A stretch of DNA of 63,021 bases, filler included, from Dimorphilus gyrociliatus (GCA_904063045.1; 6 parts of 6 records of this genome joined end to end with filler, not necessarily neighbours in it), one strand, 5' to 3'. Shown: positions 22,984-33,777, numbered from the whole stretch's first letter. Program-made: numbers and translations. Notes: generated by a model not told the origin, from the letters alone.

Positions 22984-23542
22984 TGTACAACTTTGGTTAT
23001 ATATTACATGCTTGAACTCTATTATTTTATGCAACATATACATGTACATCTTAAAACCTATGCAAGAAAATGCTATAACATTGGCCAAACATAAGTCTGA
23101 TTAGTCAGCTTGAAGGCTCATCTTTAATTACCAATAAAGGTTTGGCAAGTTATAATTTAATTAACTTGCCTAGGGTGTGGCCAAGTTATAATTCAGTTAA
23201 CCTTCCTAAATGTTCAACCTTGTAACATTCTCTTACTAAATAAATATGACTACACATTTCGGCAACTGTAAAGTGATGATTGGATGTCAGAGGCAAACCT
23301 CAAAGTATATAAATCCTCACTATTCTCATTTGGCATGCAGTTCCATCTGGACTAAGGACCTGGGAAAATCATCTGGAAACACCTCCACTGGAACATCCAT
23401 CTACTCCTCAACATTGGAAGACAGTTTGGTAATTTGGCAACCTGCTTTTACAACTATTACTCTGCTATCGAATTCTCATTTTGTTACATTTTGTTACTCC
23501 CTTAAGTATTATTATTGCGAATAAACTGTTTTAATTTAAACA
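22984..23542 (+). repeat. About 560-bp dispersed repeat with LTR-like features
   Basis: Begins TGTAC and ends AAACA; TATATAAA at 23306 and AATAAA at 23520; homologous to 9052-9611 in reverse orientation. Confidence 0.6.
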
Positions 23543-23729
23543 TTTGTTTAAAGGTTTGAGTAGAACCAGTATTTTATAACTTGCAAATGCATAGATTTTG
23601 CCAGCAAGAGCAGTACAACATGATGAGATGCTTGGAATGAAACAGTGAGAATTTATATACTTTGTGAATTGCTTCTTATATCCATCATCACTTTACAACT
23701 GCCAAACTGTCTAGCTTATATACAGTATA

Positions 23730-23829
23730 NNNNNNNNNNNNNNNNNNNNNNNNNNNNNNNNNNNNNNNNNNNNTTAATTAATTAANNNNNNNNNNNNNNN
23801 NNNNNNNNNNNNNNNNNNNNNNNNNNNNN
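23730..23829. other. Artificial contig spacer
   Basis: 44 N + TTAATTAATTAA + 44 N. Confidence 0.98.
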
Positions 23830-23841
23830 TCTAGCATCTAA

Positions 23842-25257
23842 GTTTTAAAAAACATAGAAAAGAAAATAAAAGAAGCTAAGAAGGAAAAAGTTATTAAAGT
23901 ACAAGAAAATTCTATTCCACATAATCTTACAAAGCCGGCATTTGAATTTTTACCAGGAAATTTAAGAAATTCAATGCATTTTTTAAGTTTCTTAAAAAGA
24001 ATCACAGAATTTTTCAAAGCAAAGCTAAAAACCACTCATTTAACCAGTGAAAATCCTATTTCATTTTGTAAAAGTATACAAGAAATGACTTTCATTGATA
24101 GAAAAACACTAAGCTTCGCATCTCAAAGATTTTCGCAGCTAATTAAGTCTTTAAAAATAGATTATACTGAGGAATTAATAGCTTTAAAAAAACTAGTAGA
24201 CTTTGTAACATTATGTTCTCAATTCAAAAAAGGTTTTAGTATTTTATTTGAGCCATTCGATACAATAGCTCAGTCCGTTTTTAACCCAGTTCTAAGGTTG
24301 TGGTGTTTAGATGCCTCCATAGCTATGAAGCACGTATTTGAGTTTAGAAATGTTATCATTACAAGTGGAACACTAAGTCCAATAGAAATATACCCAAAAA
24401 TGCTAGGATTTACACCTACCAACATAGTAGACATTAATATTACCTTAACAAGGGACAGTATAACACCATTAATCGTTACAAAAGGAAACGATCAAATGTT
24501 TATTAAATCAGAAGAGAGCAAAATGACTACAACTTTTAGTCTAAGAAGTGAACATTCAGTAGTAAGAAATTATGGAACATTAATATATGAACTTACTAAA
24601 ATAGTACCTGATGGTTTAGTAGTATTTTTTCCATCATATATTTATATGGAAGAAATAGTTAGTATTTGGTCAGAGATGAAAATAATAGATAGAATAATGG
24701 AAAACAAGCTTATATTTATAGAAACATCAGATTTTAACGAGACAGAAATAGCACTAGATAGTTATAAAAAAGTATGTGATAATGGAAGAGGAGGAGTAAT
24801 GTTTTGTGTGGCAAGAGGAAAAGTTAGTGAAGGAGTGGATTTTGATAACAACTATGGAAGGTGTGTAGTAATGTTAGGAGTACCATACCAGTTTACAGAA
24901 AGTGTCAGACTAAAAAAAAGGTTAGAATATTTAAGACAGAATTTTAATATAAAAGAAAATGAATTTTTAACCTTTGATGCAATGAGACATGCAGCCCAAT
25001 GTCTGGGTAGAGTTCTTAGAAGTAAACAAGACTATGGATTAATGGTTCTAGCAGATCAGAGATTTGAAAAAGAAGATAAGAAATCTAAATTACCACAATG
25101 GATATCAAATTCTATTGACATAGGAAATACAGACTTAAGTATTGATATGGCAATTAATATAGGTAGAAGATATTATAAAGAAATGGCTCAAGAAACATCT
25201 GGAATTGGACATTCTCTATTAAATTTAGACAATATACAAAAAAACAAAGAACTGTAA
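23842..25257 (+). CDS. RAD3: TFIIH helicase XPD/Rad3, 5'-partial
   Basis: PGNLRNSMHF, CLDASIAMK, IITSGTLSP, VVFFPSY, VARGKVSEGVDF, GVPYQ and AMRHAAQCLGRVLRSKQDYGLMVLADQRF. Confidence 0.95.
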   Translation, partial: VLKNIEKKIKEAKKEKVIKVQENSIPHNLTKPAFEFLPGNLRNSMHFLSFLKRITEFFKAKLKTTHLTSENPISFCKSIQEMTFIDRKTLSFASQRFSQLIKSLKIDYTEELIALKKLVDFVTLCSQFKKGFSILFEPFDTIAQSVFNPVLRLWCLDASIAMKHVFEFRNVIITSGTLSPIEIYPKMLGFTPTNIVDINITLTRDSITPLIVTKGNDQMFIKSEESKMTTTFSLRSEHSVVRNYGTLIYELTKIVPDGLVVFFPSYIYMEEIVSIWSEMKIIDRIMENKLIFIETSDFNETEIALDSYKKVCDNGRGGVMFCVARGKVSEGVDFDNNYGRCVVMLGVPYQFTESVRLKKRLEYLRQNFNIKENEFLTFDAMRHAAQCLGRVLRSKQDYGLMVLADQRFEKEDKKSKLPQWISNSIDIGNTDLSIDMAINIGRRYYKEMAQETSGIGHSLLNLDNIQKNKEL

Positions 25258-25299
25258 AGAATTTACATATTAAATATACAATTTAATAAACAATTATTT

Positions 25300-25560
25300 A
25301 TCTTTATAAATAAAAAAATATATTATTTAAGAAATAATTATTTACTTTAATAAATAAATAAAAAAATATAATTTAAGGAATAATTATTTACTTTAATAAA
25401 TAAATAAAAAATATAATTTAAGGAATAATTATTTACTTTAATCAATAAAAAATATAATTTAAGAAATAATTATTTACTTTAATAAATAAATAAAAAAATA
25501 TAATTTTAGGAATAATTATTTACTTTAATCAATAAAAGATATAATTTAAAATCTATAAAA
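25300..25560. repeat. AT-rich intergenic tandem repeat, about 45-55 bp unit, about 5 copies
   Basis: Repeated TATAATTTAAG(G/A)AATAATTATTTACTTTAAT. Confidence 0.8.
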
Positions 25561-25596
25561 ATAATTATTTATTTTTTTTAATTAAAAATTGAACCC

Positions 25597-27198
25597 ATGG
25601 AATCTAAAAATATACATATCTATTCTTTATTAAGTCTAGCACCAATTTCTCATCCATCATTTGAAGTATTTTACAATAATTTAGAAAATATCAGAGATTT
25701 CATTTTTCATAATGAATGTTCAAATTCTACAATAAATCGTATTTTATCATCTTTTATTTCTAAGAGATATTCTAAATTTCAAGATTTTCTATTAATTTTA
25801 AATAAAAAAAACTACAAAATAGAAGAAATTTCAATTTTATTAGAAAATTATAAATTAGAATTTATTAATATTTTAAATGTAATAGAAAATATAGAAAATA
25901 AAGATTTTATAAGTCAATATGAAATATTAAATAATTTTTATAAAGAATATTTAGAGAATTCCAAGAACAATTACAAGAATTTAATAAAAACTTATATAGA
26001 TAATAATAGTAATATAAATATAGATAATAATATAAAAAATATAGATAATCATTTAGATAATAAAGAATCATATAATAGTAATATAAATATAGATAATAAT
26101 ATAAAAAACAACTGTATAAACAATTTAGATAATCATTTAGATAATTATATAAAAAATGTAGATTATAAAAGTTTAATACAAAGTTTAAATAATTTTTTAA
26201 AAAATGAAATAAAAAATTTTATTTTTAATTCAAAAATTAATAAAATTTCAAATTTTAAAGAAATTGAATTTAATGATATTGAATTTTTAAATAGATTTAA
26301 TATAAATTTACCTAAAAATCTAATAAAATATAAAAAATATATTCATTTGATAGGAACTATAAATTATTATTCTGAAATTTTTAAATTTAAAAAAAAAGAA
26401 AATATAAATTTAATTTTTGATGAAAATAACATTAAATTTGAATATTTGAATTCTTTTTCTAAAAAGTTAAATTCTTGGTTTTTAAGAAAGTTAGAAACAG
26501 ATTTTCAATCAACTAAAAAAATTTTAGAAAATGTTTATTTTTTTAATAAATCAGACTTTTTAAGTGATTTATTTGTAAAAGAATATAAATTTTTAAAAGA
26601 TTTTAATAGAAAAGATATTTATATTACAAAATATAATAAAACTATAAAATTTACTACTTCAACTCTTTCGATTATTTCTAAAATTAAAAATATATTTTCA
26701 GGTTCTGAGGTTCTGAATATTGAAGAAGAACAACCTTTGTTTAATTTAATTGATTTAGAATTTAAATTAAAAAATAGAATTAATATTTTTTTTTCACAAA
26801 ATATGAAAGAAAAAATTCAGCTTGTTTTTAGGTTTTTATTGGGATTTCAAATAATTTCTAAATTATTACCTAAGAATTTACTTGGAAGAGTAATTTTAAA
26901 TTTTAATAATCAACTTTTGTTTATTTTATTCAAAAATAGAAAAATTACAAGATTAGATAAAATTCAAGAAGAATTAAATGATATCATGCAAGAATCATTT
27001 CTTACTTCTAAACTTATTTTTGAGAGAATTTCTGAATATTTTGAATTTTGTACAAATGTTATTTTAAATCATAACATTAAAAATAACAACTTAGATGTAT
27101 TTTATAGTATTGTTAAGAGGTTAGGAGATTCATTTAAAGCTGAATGTGATTCTTTTATTAGTGTTGGTATTTTTGATATTTTTTTAAATAAAAATTAA
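25597..27198 (+). CDS. Gamma-tubulin complex component (Spc97/Spc98, GCP family)
   Basis: NVYFFNKSDFLSDLF (GRIP2 YF...GDF-like) and DLEFKLKNRINIFF...IQLVFRFLL (L.Y....P......Y..lFrfLL-like). CCC directly before the ATG; internal Asn/Asp-rich duplication. Confidence 0.72.
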   Translation: MESKNIHIYSLLSLAPISHPSFEVFYNNLENIRDFIFHNECSNSTINRILSSFISKRYSKFQDFLLILNKKNYKIEEISILLENYKLEFINILNVIENIENKDFISQYEILNNFYKEYLENSKNNYKNLIKTYIDNNSNINIDNNIKNIDNHLDNKESYNSNINIDNNIKNNCINNLDNHLDNYIKNVDYKSLIQSLNNFLKNEIKNFIFNSKINKISNFKEIEFNDIEFLNRFNINLPKNLIKYKKYIHLIGTINYYSEIFKFKKKENINLIFDENNIKFEYLNSFSKKLNSWFLRKLETDFQSTKKILENVYFFNKSDFLSDLFVKEYKFLKDFNRKDIYITKYNKTIKFTTSTLSIISKIKNIFSGSEVLNIEEEQPLFNLIDLEFKLKNRINIFFSQNMKEKIQLVFRFLLGFQIISKLLPKNLLGRVILNFNNQLLFILFKNRKITRLDKIQEELNDIMQESFLTSKLIFERISEYFEFCTNVILNHNIKNNNLDVFYSIVKRLGDSFKAECDSFISVGIFDIFLNKN

Positions 27199-27725
27199 TA
27201 TTAACACTTTTCTTAAAATATTTCCTTTTTATTTAAAAAATTTCTTTAAATAGTATTTTTAATATATTATAATTTATTTAACACTTTTCTTAAAATATTT
27301 CCTTTTTATTTAAAAAATTTCTTTAAATAGTATTTTTAATATATTATAATTTATTTAACACTTTTCTTAAAATATTTCCTTTTATTTAAAAAATTTCTTT
27401 AAATATTTTTTTTTTTTTATTTACTTTTCTTAATATTTCCTTTTTATTTAAAAATTTCTTTAAATAGTATTTTTAATATATTATAATTTATTTAACACTT
27501 TTCTTAAAATATTTCCTTTTATTTAAAAAATTTCTTTAAATAGTATTTTTAATATATTATAATTTATTTAACACTTTTCTTAAAATATTTCCTTTTTATT
27601 TAAAAAGTTTCTTTAAATAGTATTTTTAATATATTATAATTTATTTAACACTTTTCTTAAAATATTTCCTTTTTATTTAAAAAATTTCTTTAAATAGTAT
27701 TTTTAATATATTATAATTTATTTAT
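27199..27725. repeat. 77-bp tandem minisatellite, about 6.8 copies, between convergent gene ends
   Basis: TTAACACTTTTCTTAAAATATTTCC...TAGTATTTTTAATATATTATAATTTAT recurs with anchors at 27205, 27282, 27359, 27496, 27572 and 27649; one shortened unit lies near 27420. Confidence 0.92.
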
Positions 27726-27729
27726 ATTT

Positions 27730-28941
27730 TTAATCAAGACCAGGTGGTGTATTGTCTATAATCTCTTCTTTTTTCTCCTTTTCTAAATCTTTTGTTTTGC
27801 GTCTTATCCAAAATCTACATGATTGGTCGGAAGAGCCAGAAGCTAAGACATGTCCAATTGGATGGAAATCAAGATCCCAAATATTAGACTCATGTGCTGA
27901 TTTTTTTATAAAAATTGGCTCTTCGTTAAACATCTGCCAATAAAATAAGTCTCCTATCGAGTTTCCTGTTACAAACACTGGTTTTGATGGATGAACTGCT
28001 ATAGAACAAACATCTCTCTTATGACTTTTGTATGTAAAACATTCACTAAGCATTCTTATATCTGTTAATTTAACTGTTTGATCCTTTCCTCCTGAAATTA
28101 GAAAATTATAATTTGGTGCCCACTTAAGTTTTAATACTGTATTCTTATGGTGATGTATTGTTGCAAGTTCAGTAGAAGCTCTTGGATCCCAAAGTTTTAT
28201 AAGGTTATCTTTTGAACCACTAGCTATTAAAGAGAATGTAGGATGCCATATTACCGCCTTTACATCCCACCCATGACTTTGAGCACTCGCCTTATTCGTT
28301 GGATCGCTAGTTAAAATAGATTCTTGTTTTGCCGAGTTAATATCAAAAATTCTTATTGTAGAGTCATCTGAGCCTGTTACTAACTTTTCATCAGCTGGTG
28401 AAAAAGATACTTCTCTTATTGTTTCTTCATGTGCTTGTATTCTTTGAACATTGTTCATATTTAAGTGCCAAAATTTAACAATACCATTAGAATCACCAGA
28501 TGCTAGAAAACTACCATTGTTGGCCCACCTCATTGTTCTTATAGGAGATTCATGTGCTTGTAGGATTGTTTCAAAGTTAAAACTATAACCATTCCATAAA
28601 GTAAACTCTCCTGTAGATGTTCCTGTCATCAGTCTTCTACCATCAGGTGTCCAACAAACACTATTAACTGCACACCTGGTTTTGTTAAAGGAAGAATGTG
28701 CGAATTCTGTAGGAACTAGAGACTGTAAAGGACTAAGATGTGGAGGTAATAACAGATTGTTTGAATTTGTGGTTGAAACTGAAATTCCTTTAAACTCAGA
28801 AAATTTATTGAAAATAATAGGGGATGTGTAATCATAAGCTTGTCTAATCGACAGGTTTCTCATTCTTTTTCCATCAAATATGAACTTTGGATTTTGAAAG
28901 CGCGCAGAAACTATTTCTTTAATGTTTATTTCTTTTTTCAT
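27730..28941 (-). CDS. PFS2: WD40 polyadenylation factor Pfs2/WDR33
   Basis: VNSVCWTPDGRRLMTGTSTGEFTLWNGYSFNFETILQAHE, HGWDVKAVIWHP, SGSKDNLIKLWDPR and WDLDFHPIGHVLASGSSDQSCRFW. Confidence 0.92.
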   Translation of the reverse strand: MKKEINIKEIVSARFQNPKFIFDGKRMRNLSIRQAYDYTSPIIFNKFSEFKGISVSTTNSNNLLLPPHLSPLQSLVPTEFAHSSFNKTRCAVNSVCWTPDGRRLMTGTSTGEFTLWNGYSFNFETILQAHESPIRTMRWANNGSFLASGDSNGIVKFWHLNMNNVQRIQAHEETIREVSFSPADEKLVTGSDDSTIRIFDINSAKQESILTSDPTNKASAQSHGWDVKAVIWHPTFSLIASGSKDNLIKLWDPRASTELATIHHHKNTVLKLKWAPNYNFLISGGKDQTVKLTDIRMLSECFTYKSHKRDVCSIAVHPSKPVFVTGNSIGDLFYWQMFNEEPIFIKKSAHESNIWDLDFHPIGHVLASGSSDQSCRFWIRRKTKDLEKEKKEEIIDNTPPGLD

Positions 28942-28971
28942 AGAGGGTTTTATTTTAAGAAAAATATATAA

Positions 28972-29155
28972 TGTTTATTTCATTTTGAGTAAAAAATACT
29001 TCCTATAACAAAAATAAAAATTGCCTCATAAACAATATAAATAAAAAAAGAAGCTAATTTAGAAAAAATATATAAATATTTATTTCATTTTGAGTAAAAA
29101 TTACTTCCTATAACAAAAATAAAAATTGCCTCATAAACAATATAAATAAAAAAAC
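28972..29155. repeat. About 105-bp direct duplication in the divergent PFS2/GDI promoter region
   Basis: TTTATTTCATTTTGAGTAAAAA.TACTTCCTATAACAAAAATAAAAATTGCCTCATAAACAATATAAATAAAAAA is present twice. Confidence 0.85.
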
Positions 29156-29269
29156 TGTAAATATCTTAAGAACTTTTATACTTTAAAACAAAAGAAAATA
29201 AAAAAATATATTTATAAAATAGTTTATTTAAATATCACAAAAGATAAATTAAAAATAATTGTTAGGGTT

Positions 29270-30565
29270 ATGGAAGAATACGATTTTATAATACTAGGAA
29301 CTGGAATAACAGAATCTATAATTACATCTAAGTTAAGCAAGTATAGAATATTGGTAATAGATTCTAATGACTCTTATGGTGCTGAAGCAAGAACATACAA
29401 TTATTCACAAATGTGTCTTAACAGTAATGACCAACCAGACAATGAACTTGTAACACTTAATAATTATTTTAATATAGACACAGTTCCTAAATTTATTTTA
29501 TATGGAGGTGAAATAAAAAAACTTATTAAAACGTACAACTTGAAAAATTACTTGGAATTCAGTTTAATAAAAGGAGCCTATGTTTTTAAGAACAACAAAG
29601 CTATGAGTATCCCACTTGATGAAAAATCTACTTTTACTAGTAATTTGATATCTTTTTGGCAAAAACCTTTAGTAATGAGTTTTTTTTATAATGTTAGAAA
29701 ATTTGCTAAATCCAAAAAAGAAGGAAGAAGTAATTTTAATACAAAGGCCACGATGGAAGAAGAGTTTAAGTCTTTTAGAATAAATAAAGATGTTTACGAG
29801 ATAATAGGACATGCTATAGCTTGTAATTTAGACGATAATTATTTAAAAGAGGATCCAAAAATAACTTATGATAAAATTTTAAAATACGCAGATTCATTCT
29901 TTTATTCAAATTCGTATTCCTCGCCTTATTTGTATCCTTTGTATGGACTTTCTGATATTTCTCAAGCTTTTTCTAGAGTTTCTTCTGCACAGGGTGTAAC
30001 TTACAGATTAAAAACAGAAATAAAAGAAATCTTAGCTGAAGAAAAAAGAGTAGTTGTTAAATTTTTAGATCCTTTTGATAACTTTAAATTAAAGAGCGTT
30101 TCTTCAAAGGCTTTGATCTCAAACCCAGAGCAAAGTTTTAATAGAAAAGAATTGGTTAATGAAGTTATCAGATGTACTTGTATAATCAAAGGAAGAGTAC
30201 CACTTGTATCAGAAAATTCAGCACAAGTAATATTTTTGGCTTCTGATATTGGTAGAAAAAACGATATTTTTCTAATGGTTCTAAGTGATGAAGAAAAAAC
30301 TACTCCAAAAGGATATTCTTTAGCTATAATTAGTACAGTAAAAGAAACTGAAAATCCAAATGAGGAAATAAAAGTTGCAACAAGTAGAGTAGGATATATA
30401 AAGCACATGTTTTTGAAAATTGAAAAAATATACAAACCAAATGTAAAAGAAGAGAGAGTTTTTGTTACTAAAAGTTTGGACCACACTCCACATATTGAAA
30501 ATTCATTAGAAGATGTCAATAGAATTCTAAAAGAGTTACAACAAAATGAATTTATTGAAAAATAG
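29270..30565 (+). CDS. GDI1: Rab GDP-dissociation inhibitor
   Basis: MEEYDFIILGTGITESI, IDSNDSYG, NIDTVPKFI and SPYLYPLYGLSDISQAFSR...G.TY. GGG motif 3 nt before the ATG. Confidence 0.93.
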   Translation: MEEYDFIILGTGITESIITSKLSKYRILVIDSNDSYGAEARTYNYSQMCLNSNDQPDNELVTLNNYFNIDTVPKFILYGGEIKKLIKTYNLKNYLEFSLIKGAYVFKNNKAMSIPLDEKSTFTSNLISFWQKPLVMSFFYNVRKFAKSKKEGRSNFNTKATMEEEFKSFRINKDVYEIIGHAIACNLDDNYLKEDPKITYDKILKYADSFFYSNSYSSPYLYPLYGLSDISQAFSRVSSAQGVTYRLKTEIKEILAEEKRVVVKFLDPFDNFKLKSVSSKALISNPEQSFNRKELVNEVIRCTCIIKGRVPLVSENSAQVIFLASDIGRKNDIFLMVLSDEEKTTPKGYSLAIISTVKETENPNEEIKVATSRVGYIKHMFLKIEKIYKPNVKEERVFVTKSLDHTPHIENSLEDVNRILKELQQNEFIEK

Positions 30566-30753
30566 AATTTCCTGTCATTTCCTCAGGTTTTTTAATCTTT
30601 AAAATATCTAGGATTGTAGGTGCTACATCTTTTAATCCATAATTTCTTGTATCTTTAGTAATGTTTCTGTCTTTAGTACATACAATAAATGGTACATCAG
30701 ATGTCGTATGTTTTTTATTTATAACACCATCTTCGAACATAATTTCTGCATTT
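30552..30753 (-). CDS. gpmI: Cofactor-independent phosphoglycerate mutase, C-terminal fragment; overlaps the GDI 3' end by 14 nt
   Basis: NAEIM...KHTTSDVPFI...GLKDVAPTILDIL.I.KPEEMTGNS, the alkaline-phosphatase-fold iPGM C-terminus. Confidence 0.85.
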
Positions 30754-30853
30754 NNNNNNNNNNNNNNNNNNNNNNNNNNNNNNNNNNNNNNNNNNNNTTA
30801 ATTAATTAANNNNNNNNNNNNNNNNNNNNNNNNNNNNNNNNNNNNNNNNNNNN
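30754..30853. other. Artificial contig spacer
   Basis: 44 N + TTAATTAATTAA + 44 N. Confidence 0.98.
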
Positions 30854-32873
30854 TGAGACTTGGAAAATTTCTTTGTATCTATATTCCTGAAATCAAATAT
30901 ATGGCACATGATACAATCCATACAATACATAGGATCATCAAAACAAAAACCAGACCTCTACATGATAACAAAGGTGTACAGTTATCAAAGACTTCATACA
31001 AAAAACACCAGAAATAATTATTAAACCAGCGGACAAAGGCAATAGAATGTTATAATGTCCAAGGAGGATTATGTTTATGAGGCAATGGTACAACTGACAG
31101 ATACAAACACATATAAGATTGTACAAAACAGACCCAGCAAAGAACAATGGAATATATTAATACTCTCTTAACTAAACTAAAAGAGGGAGGTCATATCAAT
31201 AACTCCACAATGACACTACTAAAACCAGAAAACAATGATGGCAATAGAAAATTCTATCTTTTACCCAAAATTCACAAACCTACTGAGTCCTGGAGAATAC
31301 CTAATGTTATCCCAAAAGGTCGGCCTGTAGTGAGCTACTGTGGCTCTGACCTCTATATGATTAGTAAATTCATTGACTTCCACCTCCAACATCTGGCAAA
31401 ACTGACCTCAACATACATAAAAAATACAGAACACCTCATTGAGAAAATAAAGGTCATCAAGAATTGGAATAACAGAATTATTCTAACAGCAGATGTGGAA
31501 GCACTATACCCTAGCATAGACCCAATATGGGGATACAAGCTGTTAGAAAGTTCATGCAGGAACACAAAGAAACTAACAGACCTGATGCAATAATATTAGA
31601 CCTCTTATGGATATGCCTGAACAATAATGACTTTACCTTTGGAACACAAGATTCCTACAAATAAAGGGAACAGCTATGGGTGCACCTTTTAGCCCCTCGT
31701 ATGCCAATATTGTACTCAACACATGGGAACAACCAATCATAAATAAATATAAAAATGACCTCATCTATTTTGGCAGGTACATTGATGACATAATTATAAT
31801 TTCAGAGGTCAATACTGACCTCACCAACCTTAAAGAAGAATTAAACACAAAAAACAACAATATTAAACTACAATGGTCTTCCAACCCCAAAGAAGTTGAA
31901 TTTCTGGATCTTAAAATTATGCTACATGGTGACACTATACAATGGCACACTTTTTTAAGGAAACAGATTCAAGGAAACTAATCCCAACCAACAGCAACCA
32001 CCCAAAACACACTTCACAGGCACACTTCTGAGCCAACTTATCAGGTATGACAGAAATTGTAGCCTAGAAGCTGTGGCCATACAACAATTTAAAGACTTAA
32101 TCAAAATCAACAAAGAAGGTGGATACACTAAAACAATGGAAAGGAATGTTATCAGAAAATGGAAGACTAAAAAAGTTAATTACAACAAGGAAACTTACAC
32201 AATTAATAAATGTAACTCTACCAAATGTGACACCTGCAAAAGGTTAGAACAAACACCTAAAGTATTTGATAGAATGAAGGTCAACTACATCGATCTGAGA
32301 GGGACATACTCATGTAACTCAAAAGGAGTCATTTACATCTTACAATGCTCACTTTGCAATATGTTATATGTAGGTATGACTACAGATAGTATCAAAAGCA
32401 GATGGGGTACCCATAACCTGGCATTTAGGAATAAAGTCAACAGACCTGTATATTTGCATATGAATGAACATAACATAAAAAAATTTAGGATTTACATCGC
32501 TAGACAAATACCCAATAGCATAAAAGAGAATAATATAACAACATGGCTAATGAGAGAGGAATGCACAATAATTAACAAACTGGATACAATTTACCCCAGA
32601 GGCCTTAACAGACATGAAGGTTTTACTTGTAGAGAAAAAACACCTCTTATTCTTCCTCAACAACAAACCACACAGGAATGGGCCTGGAACATTAAACAAA
32701 ACATTACATCAAATGCCCTGGAAAATCACACACTGGAAATGTATAAGACAATAACAGCCTATAAAATAGCTAACACCTCAAGAAAATTACTTGTCAATAA
32801 AGAAGTGGATGAGATTATGGAAGCCTATGTTCAAAAATATCTAAAAACCATTCAAAACACAGAAACTAAATAA
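30854..32873 (+). pseudogene. PLE RT-EN ORF, unit 1; 5'-truncated by the contig end and broken by many 1-nt deletions (likely read errors)
   Basis: Same sequence as 40049-42328 apart from single-base losses concentrated near the contig start. Confidence 0.85.
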
Positions 32874-33046
32874 ACACCTTTCATAACAGAAGAAGGTTAA
32901 ACATAACCTTTGGTTCAAGGGAAAGGTTAGAAACATAATAGTATGTTGCAGAAGACAAATAAGGACCTACTAGAACCAAAGCAGAAAACAACAAAGACAT
33001 AAAAATAGAAAATAAATATGGTGATTGTCTTTTAAGAAAAGTTGAG

Positions 33047-33553
33047 GTGAGTGTAAACAACCTAAACATTAACCTTACAGAAAATCTTGAGGTTGACCTA
33101 CCCAACCTGTATGATGGTGGCCCTCACTACTCCATCTTAACAAACACCACCAATAAAGTTATTATGATTGATGAGAGGATGGTAAATGACCTTAGAATGC
33201 AGGTTATCCAACAACAAAAGGAGATTGAAAATCAGAGGAAAATCATTGAGCAACAAAGAGAGGAAATGGGAAAACTAAAACTAAACAACAACATATTCAC
33301 TTGGAATATAAAAGAAGCAGGTACACTTGTCTTCACACCCAACTCTCAAACACAGAGAAATAACAACATCACCCTAGTAAATCAGAACAACTCAGAGGAT
33401 ACTACTGATACCAGTGATGAAGAAGTGGAATTTATGCAAATGCATAGTCCCAAGACCTTCCAACCTACAAAAAGAACATCTGACTTTAACCTTTTTGAGA
33501 ATGAAGAGGTCAGCCCACCTAAAAAACATTCACTAAAAACCAATAGTAACTAA
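33047..33553 (+). CDS. PLE ORF3, unit 1: coiled coil + acidic/Ser-rich tail; first in-frame ATG at MIDERM
   Basis: Track start is GTG. LRMQVIQQQKEIENQRKIIEQQREEMGKL heptads, SEDTTDTSDEEVEF and SPPKKH. Identical in unit 2. Confidence 0.6.
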   Translation: MSVNNLNINLTENLEVDLPNLYDGGPHYSILTNTTNKVIMIDERMVNDLRMQVIQQQKEIENQRKIIEQQREEMGKLKLNNNIFTWNIKEAGTLVFTPNSQTQRNNNITLVNQNNSEDTTDTSDEEVEFMQMHSPKTFQPTKRTSDFNLFENEEVSPPKKHSLKTNSN

Positions 33554-33777
33554 CCTATGTTCTTTATGAAGGTGTCTATGAAAAATAATAAAACTTACCC
33601 AAAAAAATAATCAAAGTTCTATTGTATAACCCTCATTACTATACCTTACTATAAACATAGAGGGCAGCACATATATAATAATAATACATGTACAGTCCTA
33701 TTTGTTGGTGTGTGTGTATATATTGTAAAGATGGCGCCACTACAATATAGAGGGCACCACCTATGTAATGTAAAACA

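Noticed and set aside
27199-27725. CRISPR-like array
   Set aside because: Units are contiguous with no unique spacers, the context is eukaryotic and there are no cas genes.
30001-30519. 172-aa antisense ORF inside GDI
   Set aside because: Shadow of a conserved gene; no recognisable motif.
30552-31000. PLE inserted next to microsporidian iPGM/GDI
   Set aside because: A spacer separates them; there is no evidence of physical linkage.
32881-33105. Antisense 74-aa hydrophobic ORF (and copies at 37608 and 42336) as a membrane protein
   Set aside because: The reverse complement of A-rich sequence yields F/L-rich ORFs by default; no motif. Conservation across units is uninformative because the units are identical.
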